Source: Rhodosorus marinus CCMP1338
Lineage: Eukaryota > Plantae > Rhodophyta
Assembly (NCBI GenBank): GCA_029953675.1
Contig: JAMWBK010000001.1
Location: 434,001 to 498,000, forward strand
DNA length: 64,000 bases
Reading direction: 5' to 3'
Part shown: positions 12,068-25,525 of the stretch, piece by piece
Numbering within the stretch: the stretch's first letter is position 1
How the letters are laid out: every line of letters begins with the position of its first letter
Made by a program: the position numbers and the translations under genes
Notes under the pieces: model-generated
Database searches by the model: none
Seen by the model: the letters and a program-made list of their open reading frames with translations, nothing else
What the model was told of the DNA's origin: nothing

Positions 12068-14173
12068 TAGGCGGAACATTGAATTTGGCATTGGAGCTCC
12101 TGCACGTCGCGTAAAGACACAAACGAGGCCCAGATTTAAGTTCAAATCCTGATGCTATCTCATCGCAACAAATCACAACAAAACGGCTGGCGGACAGAGG
12201 GTTTTGCGTCACAGTTAGGGCTAAATCGAAGCCCAGAACCCTTTCACTTGAGGAGCACGTTGAGAACGTGACAAAAGGTCTCGCGTGCACAGAGCCGAAG
12301 CTCTGCCCTGAGTTGCTTACTACTAAAGCAGAGTTTAATTTGAGATATGAACCAGTCTGAACCCGTACACCAGAGAATCATCCAAGATGTCGCTTGCCCA
12401 TAGCAGGGTTTTTCATTTACCCCTAGCCGGGTTGCAACACAGAGAAACTGACCAGCCTGCTGGCTCGACTATAAACCTAGTGCTCACAGTGGTAGGCATA
12501 CACTTGGTCCTGCAGATTGCGCTTAGGTCAGCGAGACCATTTTGAACCTGAGCTTGGACTTCCAAACAAGGTAGTACCAACCGTACCACGCAGCACGCAC
12601 AAAATAGTACGTATGATCATCGCAGTACCAGAAATAGTACACAGAAGTTTTACTACGCGTCGCGTTCCTTATTGCTGTACTAACATGCCCTGTTAGAGGT
12701 TGAATTATTATTAATTTACCATCGATTTTGGAAATCGAACAATCCAATTTCTTCCATATCCTTCCATGCGAAAAACCAATCTCATATTATGGGAAGCCTT
12801 CCCACGCCCCAACCCCACCCCCCACCCGCACCCCGCTTTGCCCATAGCCCAGTTGCCCTCGGACGTGGGATGTGAGTCAAGTGCAAAAAACCAAACAACC
12901 CCTCACGCGATTGAAGAAATGTTCCTGGGCATACATGCCATGCCAGTTGTGGGGTAAGCAGAGCATGTCTCCACCGTTTCTTTCGTATTGTAGTAAAAAC
13001 CAAACCTATACTAGAAGCTAATCCAAAACTCGTTCGTCTACCTGAGAATTTTCGGATAGAGACCCCTTTCTCACGATAAATAGTGCTCAGGCATGCAAAA
13101 AGAACGGTGCAAGGGGGGTGGAATTCAGTTCCAGACCGTGTGCAAAGCTTAGCCGTACGGAAAAATGATATCTTTACGGTAAAACCAGTTGAGAATACTC
13201 GAAAATATAACTTATTTACTGTTTTTGTTGTTCGTGCGTCACGGTCTGCATATAGAAATTTCCAATAGGTTTTTTTAATTGCTGTTTGGTCCATTTCGGT
13301 TTAGTAAGTTTTTTTTTGTTTCTTGACAGGAGTGAGCCAAGCCAAACCGAAAAAGAGGTATAAAGGTGAGGGGGTTGAATGACAGTCCCATCCAGCAGCA
13401 ACTGAAAAGATGCAACCCAGGAGGGGAGTAGAATCTGATACATTTTTCTTATAAATAATTAATTTTTTTCCACGGATAATCTTAACTACTAGAAACCCCA
13501 AGACGATCATGCAGTTGCAAGGATATTTCTAAGGGAAGAAGTCTACTAAATTTTCAACCCTTTTGAAACTTCTAATTTTCAAGAAAAAGGAGAGTTCCAT
13601 GAAGATATCCGGGGTTGTTGCGCTTGGCATAGTTTGACATCCACGTTAAGACTTTAAGGGGTATTTGGAGAGGCAGGGGGAGGATTGATTGATGGATTTT
13701 GATTTGTTTATACAGTAAAACGGCTTGACCTGAATGAAATTCTCGTTGGAGGGTTTTTTTGGTGGCAGGGAGAACACAGAATTGATTTTTTTTTGGGGGG
13801 GGTTTCGGTAGGGGTGGGTGGGGGTGGGTTGTCCAGATATGGCTTGAGGGGGGTAAAAATAATTTTCTACCTCTTTTTTGGCCTGCGAAGCCGTTCATGG
13901 TGTTTTGGTTTCGACGTGACTGTAAAGTGGATGGGATGCTGTCGGCCTTCAGCAAAGTGCCTTTTTGAAAAGGTAGGTGAGGGAAGCATTGGATGGGTGG
14001 GCTGTGGGAAGGGTGGTGGATTTCTGTGGGTTGGAGGAGGTGTTCCTTATGGTGAGGGAGGTGTGAAACTGAACGAGGAAGGAGAGAGTTTTTTTAATTT
14101 TTTTTTTAGCTAAAGGGAAGGGTCTTCTTGTGTGTTGATAGCAAGTGAAAGGTTGGGGGGTTCGAAAGTAAAG

Positions 14174-15980
14174 ATGAAGATCAACATAAAGTCATCGACT
14201 GGGGACAAATTTACAGTCGATGTGGAGAGTAAGTCGGAGACTATTTCGGAGTTCAAGGGGCGTCTGGCGGAGCTGAGCTCTATTCCGAAAGATGCCCAGA
14301 GGCTTATCTTCCGTGGTCATGTTCTTAAGGACAATCAGACCATTCAAGAGCTTATTGATAATCATAAGATGGAGGATGGGCATACGATGCATCTTGTGAG
14401 GGGAACTGTGCCCTCGGGCAATGCTGCTTCGACTGGTGCAGCGGCAGCAAGTCCCGCGGCTCCGGGCACAACCCCTAACCCTGCTGGTGCTGCCCAACCT
14501 GGCATGGGGGGTATGGCTGATTTTTCCAACGGCAATATGTTCAGCCCAGAGAACATGATGATGCCGAATGGTATGACGCCGGAATCGTTGGGGCAATTGA
14601 TGGACTCTCCATTGATGAGGACTTTGACGGACAATCCGGAGCTCGTGCGCCAGATGATCCTTTCCAACCCACAATTGCAGCAGTTCAGGGAACAGAATCC
14701 GGAAATTGCTCAACTTTTTAATAATCCTGAGACTTTTGTAAGTACAGCGCTATGATTCAATCCCAGCCATTCACCCGGTCAAAGAATTCGAACGCTAGGG
14801 ATGACCTGGGTCTAATTTTGCGGTCTTGTGGTCCTGTCGATAGAGACAAGCCTTGGAAACGATGCGCAATCCGTCAATGATGAGCGAAGTTTTGCGTCAA
14901 ACAGATCGACAGATGGCTAATATCGAGATGACCCCGGGAGGATTTGACGCGCTACGAAACCTCTACCAGTATGTGCAGACTCCTCTTATGGACGCTGTGA
15001 GAAATCCGGAATCGACGAACAACTCGAATGCAACGAACACACAAAATGCGGGAGAGGAGAACCCATTCTCTAGTCTGTTCAATGGCCCCTCTGCGCAGCC
15101 TATGCCGAATCCCTGGGATCGATCGGCTACAGCAAACACCACAGCACTAACTGGAAACACAAACACGGCTGGTGCGGGGGTTGGTGCTACCCCTGGTGCA
15201 AACCCGCAAGCGAATCCGTTTGCGAGCATGATGGGCAGTATGGGCGGCATGGGCACGCCCGGCCAAATGCCAAGTGCAGAGGAGCTTGCAAGACTACAGT
15301 CAAATCCTGCCTTTCAGGAAACGATGCAACAATTGATGTCGAACCCCCAAATGTTTGAACAAATGACTCAGGTCTTCCAAAACGCAATGCGTCAGAACCC
15401 ACAGATGGCTGACATGATGCGCGACCCCGAGTTTGTGCGACGAATGAGTGACCCGAACGTAAGCCGTTGCCCTCTGGAGCGCTGTCGGAATAGGGACCCT
15501 GCAATATAGCTTGGACGTTGCTTTGTCTAACTAGAGGATACTTTTTTTCACTTCCCTGTAGTTGATGAGAGAAGTCTCTAATATGATGAGAACCATGCAA
15601 GGAGGTCAGAATCCAACAACGGACTCAACAGACGCACAACCTGGAACTGAAACAACCGGGAGCACCCCTTCGGGACAGCCGGACATGGCCGCTATGGCAC
15701 GAATGCTGCAAGGAATGCAGATGAATCGGCCAGCGCAACCCCAGATAACGCCAGAACAGGCTGAAGAAAGGTAGGCTGCTTGGATGCATGTTTGGGGTAT
15801 GTTTGGAAACGGTACTGAAGTCCGTTTTGAAATATATCTGCTGTCTTTAGATTTAGCTCGCAATTGACGCAGCTGCAGGATATGGGCTTCTTCGATAGAC
15901 AGCTTTGCGTGCAAGCACTAATTGATACGGGAGGGAATGTATCTGCAGCGGTTGAACGACTCCTTAACATGCTGGGATGA
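14174..15980 (+). CDS. DSK2: Ubiquilin / Dsk2-like (UBL-STI1-UBA) proteasome shuttle, multi-exon
   Basis: UBL MKINIKSSTGDKFTVDV...QRLIFRGHVLKDNQT; STI1-like M/Q/N-rich repeats (LVRQMILSNPQLQQFREQNPEIAQLFNNPE); UBA FSSQLTQLQDMGFFDRQLCVQALIDTGGNVSAAVERLL ending in TGA at 15978-15980. Confidence 0.95.
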
Positions 15981-16867
15981 ACATGAGCATGTGCAGGCTA
16001 CGAATTTGTGATTATTCTCTGAAGGGTTGATATGGACTACGATTCTGCAGGTTCTGTTCTAACTGTACATCTCAACCGAAGGATTGTGTCCGTACTATAT
16101 TCTCAACCTTGAGTGGGAACCCGAGAATTTTAACTCGTCTTCAGCAAAAACATGAACCGAGCGTAGCCGTTGACTAATTTCCCGCGTGAGACGTTACGTA
16201 GAGCGTTGTTCTGCTTTTTCCTCTTGTTGGCGGGGGGTAGCCAGAGGGGTTCTTGAGTTTCTCCCCCTTGGTGAACGTCACGAGCCAATAATAGAACCTC
16301 TGGTTTTGATTGAGTTAGCTAAAGAGTATTGCATTCATGTGATCAAAGCTTGTAACCTGCAAGGACAACCATTTCGGAACCACAGAACACCCGCTCGCGG
16401 CTTGAGCTTTGAACTGAGATTCTGGATACCGACGATGCCAAGATGCCGAAAAATGCAAACTGTGATCATCAAGTCCATGTCGATGAACTCTACAGTACAT
16501 CAACATCTGTAAGCGCGAGAACAAAAAAAAAACTCAATCCGCGGCTTCCATCGCAATATCCCGTCCCCACTAAACACACCCCCGCCGCCCCTCATTTTCA
16601 GTGCAGCAAAGCATCTACCCCTTGGATCGCCCAGCACCCAGCTCTATCGAAACGACACCACACCACCATCCACAAAAATATCAGATACCAAACCCCCCAC
16701 CCCAGTGATCCGCTGAGATTTCACCCCCTTCAAAAGCAAAGGAAAAAAAACAGATTGCTCTCCATATCCTACGCTACCAACCCCTATTTTAAGTATACTC
16801 AAACTAACTCAAAACCCTCCCAAGAAATCTAAAATACTAATTTCAGCACATAGCGAAATCTATTCCA

Positions 16868-16893
16868 GGGGCGGGGCGGGGCGGGGGGGGGGG
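16868..16893 (+). promoter_or_regulatory. Candidate G-quadruplex / GC-box array
   Basis: ggggcggggcggggcggggggggggg (three GGGG tracts plus a long G run with 1-nt loops) in the intergenic region upstream of the PHR2-like gene; function is inference. Confidence 0.45.
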
Positions 16894-17819
16894 TTGGCAT
16901 TTTCATTAGCAGTATGGTTTTTGTCCCAAAGAGGTCTGCTCGATCAGTACGAAGAACAATCAAGAATATATAAATTATAACACATAAACATTCTATTATA
17001 GGCTTTCAGCAACGGATACAAAATTATAATGACGTGTTTACTCATATTAATACCATTGTTCTCAGATAGCGTTTCTGTTGAAGGCTCTCATACAAACTGA
17101 AAAATGTTTTTTGGGTAAAAAATGTAGGTCTTGTTTGCTCAAGTCTAACGATCTCCGATCCCGGAAGTTTCGTTGAAATTTATTCGAAATTATGAGATCG
17201 GGTAGAGTGACCTTCTCGCTTTGGGCGAATTGGAGAATGAGGCAATGCATTTTGTGTGGGGAATCCCTCTTGGACGAAAGTGGCGTTTTTAATATGGTTT
17301 TCGAAGGTTTTTGTTGGTTCTTGGTGTTGATGGGTTTCCTGTTAGTCTGGTTTTTCCGATGGTTTTATTGAGGAAGGTAAATATTTGTCTTGGTGGCTGG
17401 AGGGTCTGAGTCAGGAAGGATTCTTTGGTGGGGAGCGGAGGCTTTGAGGTTGAGGAAGGGAGACAGAAGTTTACTGCTGATACAGAGGATCCCAGGTCCC
17501 GTCTTTTGGGTTTTTGAGTCTCCAGGTTTCCTGAATTTTTTTTGGCGTGTAGGGAGGTTTTTTTGATTTTGCTTTGAGAGTATTGAAGGGGGTGATATGG
17601 CTTTTGTCTCTGGAGCATTCTCGAAGGGTCTTGAGCTCAAGGGAGCTCGGACCTGTGTGGTGGCTGGATCAGCGAGGTAATGCTGGGGCTGGTTTGCTTT
17701 CGTTTCTGGACCTGTTGCGTTCTGGATTGGCCTATCCTTTTCTTATGTTACTGACCGCGTCTCTTGTTCCTGTGCTACTCTGTTTCCCTGTCATTGATGC
17801 ATTTATCTGCTGCCACAGG

Positions 17820-18864
17820 ATGAGTGTCGCCACAGTATCATTGGCACCCAACACAGCGACCATCCCAGTACCTTCGCCAGAGTTTGAGAGGGTAGGCGAT
17901 CGGTACGATGCTATTGATCGTGAAGTCATTTCTAAAGCGCGTTGTTGCTTCGTGGATTCAGGTATCCCTGGGTAGATTCGGGGCGCCAAACGCGGCGGGG
18001 GGAAAGCCGAAGCGAGTGCTGATGTGGTTCCATACTGATCTCAGACTGGACGACAATGAAGCTCTTACGAAGGCGATCGACGGCTCTCGTGGTCCGCAGG
18101 GGGCCTTCCTTCCAGTCTTCGTTCTTGAGAAGAACACTAGTAAGACAGCTCTCCAAGGTGCAGCTGAGCTGCGATCCAGAATGCAGAAGCTGGGTTCCGA
18201 GCTTTTGGTTGTTCGCGGGATTGCTTCAGAAGTGCTGCCCGCTCTCTGTCGCAAGTATCGCATGGACGCAGTCTACTACAACAGATCTGTAACAGCAACA
18301 TCCGTGTCGAGCGAGAAGACTCTGCAGAAGGCTCTTATGAAATCGAGCGTCTCGCTTGAAGGGTTCTGGTCCAACGCGCTTTTCAACCCCGAGAGGCAGC
18401 AGAAGCACTCGATCGGTGAATATTCGTCCATCGTGGCCAAGAAGGCCACCTCAGAAGGTGTCTTCAGGGCACCTAGCAAGATGCCTGCCCTCCCAAGGGA
18501 TGTTGAGCTCACCAACGAACTCGAGGCTTCTTTTGGTCGCGGCGCACACGCTGCGCAGAAGGTAAAGACCCCGCAAGTGTGACTTGTCTACATGCGTAAG
18601 CGTCGTACGGTCGAAATACTGAGGCTGAGGTTTTGATTCTAGGCTTTGGAGAAGCTTGGCAAAGGGCCCTGCAAGCAGCAAAAGATGGTTGTGGAACTAC
18701 GGGAGCACATTGCCTGCGGGACCATCTCGCCGAGGGCTCTCCTTGAGCAGGCGCGAAAGCAGAATGGCAACACTCGCGGACGACTCGCTCAGGAAATGGT
18801 GTGGAGAACTTATATGTGCAGTGTTGTCAATCACACATCCAGTCCTGTAAAGCAAGCCGTTTAG
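17820..18864 (+). CDS. Photolyase/cryptochrome-family protein truncated before the FAD-binding C-terminal domain (PHR2-like), 3 exons, about 290 aa
   Basis: VLMWFHTDLRLDDNEAL (photolyase N-terminal WFRxDLRLxDNxAL); last exon HIACGTISPR...LAQEMVWRTY (homologous to GxISPR...ELxWRDY), followed by a stop 17 codons later at 18862-18864. Confidence 0.82.
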
Positions 18865-19349
18865 GCTTGAATCAATCGGAAGTCTCCAGCCTCTCGGCCT
18901 ACGCGAGGAAGGTTGATGGGCCAGAGGTTGCTGCTTCCGGGAGGGTCCTTGAAGGGGGCTAGTATTCATTAGTACAGTATTCATTAGTACGCAGAATGCT
19001 TTGCTCTATGTCGTTTACAAGCCGCGTTCGCAAGTCGAGGATTGCTGGGAATGGCCAAAACGACATTGCAGAGAAAAAAAAACCCTCAGTGGGGCGCCCA
19101 ACGCTCATTATGAATTCGCCGGAAAACTGCCTCAAACAAGTCAGATCAGCTGGTATCAGAGAAGGGTGCGTCTAGGCGGCAACCGCCTCACGTACGGGAG
19201 GGAATGCCAAAGGAACCACCCAGCAATCGTGCAGTTTCTTATAAACACGGCCGTGGGAACTATCTACATTTGGAGCAAGTCCTACCGCGAACACAGATCT
19301 ATGTCCACATCAAGATCTTGTCGAAAGAATGACTACGGAAAGATGATGA

Positions 19350-21064
19350 TTACCAGGACATCAAGACCATGGACTTGGACTTCTTCGAGGATACATCCGT
19401 TTCAGACGGTTGTGCCTTCACCACCTTCTCAAAGCGATGTAGAAGCATTTCAGAACATGCGGTGGGTTGGAGTGTTCAGTTGTGGATAGTGTACCCTTGG
19501 CTGTGATTCGACAATCTTGATGTTGTGTGCTTCCTCAAAGCTCTTCTTAGCACTCTCTAACTCTTCGTGCGTTGAAGCCTTATCGAGAGCATGAAAGGCC
19601 TTCATAAAAAGCCGGTCCTTAACGGCGTCCACTTCGCTTAGTCTCTCGTAAGTAGCCGTCAAATCGACTAGCTTCTTTTCTGCTGCGGCTTCGACGTCAC
19701 TGATTCCAACCTTCGTTGCATGGGTAGCAATAGAAACGTAAAATAAACGCGGTCATTAGTTGCACGGGGTTGCGGTGAAACCGGGTCAGAGCAAGAATCT
19801 GCTCTCCTCAGGGCTGGCTACCCACCTCATCCTTCTCGATTCCCATTTTCTCCCGAACTCTCTTCATGTCTGCTTGAACATCGAGTGCTTCTTCTTTTGG
19901 CTCAGCGCCGTCAAAAATTTCCTTGAGAATACCATTATTTCTCCTAATGCGATCCCAGCTGGTTGTCTTGTCCTCCACAGCCTCGTCAGTGTCGTGACCT
20001 CGGTGAAACGCCGCGGCATCATCAACCATCTTACTCGTCATCGATTCCTGTTGAACGCTCAACCACGACCTCAGAAAATCATGAGCAAAGATCACAGCTG
20101 GTGGCTGAGGACTGCAGCGAACCGTACCTCAGAGCTGAAGGAAAGTTTGAACTTTTCCGCTGCCTGTTGCAGCTGCATATGTTCCCTTTCCCACACTGCC
20201 TTTTGCTGTTCATCAAACAGCCTTCTTTGTTCTTGGGATTGCCTCGGATGTTGTCTGAACTGACCTATTTGAATCGCCGCGGGTCGCTTGAAGCCACCTT
20301 GCTCTTGAGCGCCTAGTTGTTCTATGCATTCATCCAACAGTTCTTCAGATAACATGGACTACAAAGCGATTCTGCCCTTGCGTGAACGGTGAAATGCGCC
20401 GTACCAGGAATTCTAAACTGCACAGACGGATCCAGCTGAGGAGCAACTGCGTCCTGCTGTAGTTGGAAGGGTTCCCGAATTTGCGGATCTGAAGGATTCG
20501 TACGGGGACTGTCCCCGTCGGTGTCACCTCTCTTCTCCTTGGGTACATATTTGGATATGTCGTACTCAGGATCATTTGGGTGGAAATAAGATGCGTATCT
20601 CGCCATATCCAACTCCATCTCAAACTTCTTTTTCCTCAAAACCCCTTGGATTTGGTGCACAAAGAACAAACAGGGAAACAGTGAAGAGAGCGTCAAACTC
20701 CGAAGTTAGCTTGGCAGAAATATATTCCCATCCCTTTTCGTCATATCTGCTGAACATCCTCCTCCTCATCCTCACCATACACATAGCAATAAGCTCTAAG
20801 CTGATCTCGAGAGTAATTCCTTATATCTTCAAACGTCAGCTCTTCCACGGGTTTGATATCCATCTCATTCAGCCGCTGAACACGGATATCGGGGAGGTCA
20901 CTAGCCTTCACAAGCTCCGCGAGTCCTTCCCTAACTATAACATCTCCAGGCTCCTCCTCAACCAGCAGCGTCCCATCAATCGCCTTCGTCCTCCCACGCT
21001 TCTCATTCTGCGAAGCAGGCGCAGCATGACTACGCTCCGCCATATTCAAACCACCCCCGCTCAT
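19350..21064 (-). CDS. Hypothetical protein, multi-exon, with a SAP/HeH-like N-terminal motif and coiled-coil segments
   Basis: Five consecutive coding-like segments (20741-21064, ~20400-20640, 20092-20355, 19808-20095, 19450-19700) with GT-AG junctions; spliced YSRDQLRAYCYVYG|VLRKKKFEMELDMARY; last exon VVKAQPSETDVSSKKSKSMVLMSW*. Confidence 0.7.
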
Positions 21065-22357
21065 CGATCCTTAGCCCTCATCCTTCCCTCTTGAAAGAAG
21101 ATAGCCCTCAACCTATTCATAGCCTTCCCTCCTCAAAGGCAAAGAGCAGGTTACAAATCTAGTCATCCTCTCCATCCCCTTCGGCTACTTACGTCAATGT
21201 GCTCCTGACGGATGACTTCCATGGTGACACATAAAGCGAGATGCTATAATATTGAATTAGGAAAATTTTGGTTCGACAGACTGTCATTTTAAAATTCCAT
21301 GGTTTTCAATCTCTTTGGTGAATCCTCCCAACAGCCGATTGGGAGGGATCAAAGGCTAAGGTTCTCGAATGAAGGACGGTAGGAAGGCGGTAGCGGAGCG
21401 CGACCCCAGAACTAAGGCAGCATTACTGTACCAGAGCGTCAGACTCAAAGAAAAAGGCGCTCAGGACTGTTACCACCTCGTCGATTAGCGACATGCGGAC
21501 TTGGGAAGACGTCTAGCGGTAACGGGGAAGTAGGAAGAGGAGAAAGGACGAGTTGTATTTTTTGCAGTAGGAACCGAAAACAACATTCTTGAGACGGAGG
21601 AGTTCTTGAGTAGATCCAACTTCTGAAGTTGGGCTAGAAATCATCGAATCGAATCGCATATGGACGGTCAGCGGGAAAGACCTTCGCTTCACTGAAACGG
21701 GGTTTGTTTTGTGCAAACCCTCTTTTCCCCGGCTATTTTAGAGCGAGGAAGTTTCATCGACTAGTCGCCCAAAGGCTTCCCAATGAGCCTATGCATATTG
21801 TGACACAGTTGCTAAGCGGCACCTGGCCCCAAGTATGGGTCAAACTTTTCAATCCTCTTTCCCTGAAACGAGAGCGAGGCTAGAACCGTCCTCAACGAGC
21901 TTGTTCATCCAACCTCGTTTTCCAGCGGTACTCTTCTGTATTGTACCAACTCCTTTGGGTGGGTATGAAAGGCGCTACTGGGCTCCTCCTCCCCGTGAAC
22001 CGCCACTACTTTCAAGTCCGAGGGTTTCGCTCGTCCGCTTTCATCATGCTGCAGCGATCAAACCAGGAATTCCAACTCGCTGGAAATGAGTCACCGCCAA
22101 TCCCATCAAAGCGGTTTCACAGGATTGACAGGAAGTACAATATGGATTTTACAATAGTACATACATTAAACAATTTCGGCAAGTATACAGTTGAATGCGA
22201 CTTCGGTTACAGCAAGTATTGTGGGAAACTAATCACAGGGAATTTCCAAAGGAAGGAGCAGCAGCGAGCCCGGGCCAAAAAAAAAGGTCATATAAATGCA
22301 GAATGAGACGGCCTCTGCGCTCCAAATAGAAGCAAGCTTGCACGATGCACTGTGCGA

Positions 22358-23768
22358 TTATCCTTTTGTAGCTGCTTTGGTTTCCTTTCCAGGCTTCACC
22401 TGTAAGGACTTCTTCGGCTCCCTCAATGCGACGGGGGGGGCGTTCCTGATTTCGACGCTTTTTGCATCCTTCTTGGTCGTGGCAATGCCATTCGGTTCTA
22501 TTTCAGAGATACTGCTTGTTGGCATTTTCGCATCGTTGATCGAGTCCCGTCCGGACTCCTTCTCAGAATCGTCTTCCCCTTCTTCCTCCTTGGCCTCTAA
22601 TCCTTCCTGGTGTCTCACTCTGAAAAGATCACCCTCGCTCATACATCTCCTCTGGTTTAGAAGTCTCTCATCCTCTGCACCTTGCGAAGACCCAGCCTCC
22701 GCAGTCGGTTTTCTTTGCAATTTCAAGAAATATTTCTGAGCATGCGTTCGCACTTGGGTTGGATTGCGACTGCCAACGTAGTTTGCTATCGCACGGACGT
22801 CTTTCTGCCCAAACTTTTCAACGGCTTCAAGGAACCTCTTGTGCTCTTCCGGAGACCAGTACCTTCGCGTCGATTTACTTGTGTCGTTTTTCTCACGGTC
22901 AGCTGATGAGTACTCGTTAATCTGGGTGATTCAAGATATTGGTCAGTCAGACAGAAATCGAGAATACGAAGTCTTGCTGTTTCTTGCAGTTTACCTGCTT
23001 CTTCAATGCCTCAATCTTATGTCTCGCCTGGTACAACTCGTCCTGTAATCTTACATTGATCTGCTGGAACTCTGAAACGTAAGCGAGGAGCTGAGAAATC
23101 TGCGCCTCCGGGTTGTACGTCTGCTCTGAGCCCGCGAAGGAAGGTTGTGGTGGAAGGGGATGCGAGTAACTTGGGAAGTTATAGTAGGGGCTCCTCCTTC
23201 CGTGAACAATTGTAACAGGTCTATGGTGTACGACGTCCTCAGAACCATTTACACTCTTGTAACCCTGCACCGAGAAGAACCGTATGACTTTAGCATACTA
23301 GTTGACGTCACTTACAACTGGGTCAACCACAGCCTTCCACTACGGTGTGCGCCGAAAGCGCTTTGGCTTTTGAAGGCACACGGACCCGTTATTCCTATTA
23401 CGAACATGACAACGTACCCGGTCCTCTACATATTCCGGTACACCCACGGGTTCATATCCATACGGATGTATTGCATTTGCGCTTCTCATTGGCGGTGGCG
23501 GATAGTGCGGATGACGCTCCGCGGGCAATGTTCGTTCCATTTCATGATTCCCGCTTACTCTTCTCATCGGTACCGATGTGTAAGGTCGTGGTCTTGGTTG
23601 CTCGCTAAGCACCGGAAGAAACGGGGCAGACTCCATTCTTGTCGGAGAACCGCTACTTTGGTGCCTCTGAAAATCCGCACTTTGTCCGGCAGGCAACCTA
23701 TTCATTGGTATATTTTGGTTGTTTAGCTGATCCGTCATGTACGTAGTCGTATAGCTTCCGGCGGCCAT
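22358..23768 (-). CDS. Single-repeat Myb transcription factor, SHAQKYF class, multi-exon
   Basis: RRYWSPEEHKRFLEAVEKFGQKDVRAIANYVGSRNPTQVRTHAQKYFLKLQR at about 22720-22870; preceded by a coiled coil (QISQLLAYVSEFQQINVRLQDELYQARHKIEALKKQ) and a P/S-rich N-terminus; ATG at 23768 is inferred. Confidence 0.9.
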
Positions 23769-25525
23769 AGACACAACTAAAAAGAAACGGGGAGTCAAAG
23801 AGAGCAGGACTTCAGCTTGGCTGTATTGGTAGTTCAGCTGTATACTGAATTCTATAAACAGAAATTTCCCTCTACGAACTGCAATCACAGACTGCCTACG
23901 TAACCATTCCCAGACTGCAACTGGACAACGGCTCTTCGAACCACCAAACATCGATCCCCAAAAAGCTCTTATCCGAGAGAAAAGGCTTACCGTGAACTCA
24001 GTCTCCCTGTGGAGACCCAAAAATGGAACCTCACTCCACCGGAGGTTCACCTTCGTCCAAGTACCAAACAAAACTAGGTCCCTTCTCAGGTCCCTGCTAA
24101 ACCACACCAACTGTTTCCACCACAACACAAATCGATCGACACAACAATCAACCGCATTCAAAGTAGATTATCCCTCACTCCCCCAACCCCCCCAACACCC
24201 CTTCCTACCCCCTTTTAGACCTCTCCTCATGCGCTACACAACTAGTTCAGCATGTGCGCAAGCAACACCTCCCACCCACAATCAAACTCATCTCTGCAAG
24301 CTCTGTGTCAACACAACTTTTCACACCCTCCACTCCCTCTCCACACCCCTGTCTCTACTTCGCTTCACTTCACCCTCTCCGCATCTTTGCCGTCCATTTC
24401 AGCCTTGCCTTTTTAGTTCGAATGTTTTTTTCCCCCGGTTCTGATGTTTCCTACTCCACGCAAAACAAAGGGGACGTTCCGCAAACGTTTTAATTTTCCA
24501 CCGAAAGCTCTTTCAGTGCTAAAAATCTAATTGTCTCATCAGCAAATTCGAACGATTCCAATTTTCTGTAAAAAAGACCCCTTTCTCATATTGTCACTTT
24601 CAATTTATCCCTTTTTCGTTCTTTTCAACCCCCCCCCAAAGTCTCATTCCAAGGTAAACATTTCCATCCTACCCCTCTCCCCATGCATCTATTCCCCCCC
24701 CCCACCCCCTTGCTTCTGTTTATCAGATTTTTCCTTACCACCATTGCCTGAATTTTAGTAATGTCAAGATAGTCTTTCGAACAAGGGATATTCGCTCGAA
24801 TTTTAATAGTCCAAAATTGAAGATGGATAAACAAAGAAGAAGGGGGGTCGAGTGTGCGTGTGTGTGTATTGAAGGGCTGGGGAAATTGCAACGGGGGAAA
24901 CTTGAAATTTCCAGCTCCTTGTAACATGGGAGAGAATCCCGACGGGGGGTTGACCAACCTGATTGATTTTAACGGACGACATATGTGGGTTGATATTGAT
25001 GAACAGTTTTTTTCTAGTTCTCGAATTATCAAACAATTAAGAACAACTGTTGTCTTTTTCGTAGGGGTGTTGAAATGGGATATGTCAACCACGAGCTAGT
25101 TTGATAGGGGTGGGAGGGAGGGATTATGTTTTATGATGAAATCGAGCTAGAAATTTTCATTCCCAGCTCATGGCCATCGAAAAACATGCTTCAATTATTC
25201 GGCGAAAGAGATGGGGGGCGGTGAAATGCGATACATGAGAGGCCATGAGCGTCCGTTTTTTGCTGTATTTGACTGGATACGGTTTTTGCATGCCACTTTG
25301 TAGACCACGGGAGCACGGGTATCTGGCGAAAACAAAATTCCTGTAACATGATTGGTATACTATTTATGAATAGTGTATATTTTATCCAGATATGCGTGAA
25401 AGCTAATCAGTTCGCCCGGCGGTCTCCCAATGACGAATCAAGAAGCTTTGTTGTTTCCCGGGAAACCATATCATCCGCACAACGCCTTGGTTTTCACCCT
25501 GGCCCTTCCATTTTTCTTAATTTAG

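Noticed and set aside
16000-16620. Small minus-strand gene suggested by a promoter-like skew and the coding-like segment RFYYWLVTFTKGEKLKNPSGYPPP
   Set aside because: I could not build a phase-consistent exon chain or recognise a family; left unannotated.
21200-22300. Short ORFs between the orphan gene and the Myb gene
   Set aside because: Stop-riddled, no motif recognised; probably UTR or decayed sequence.
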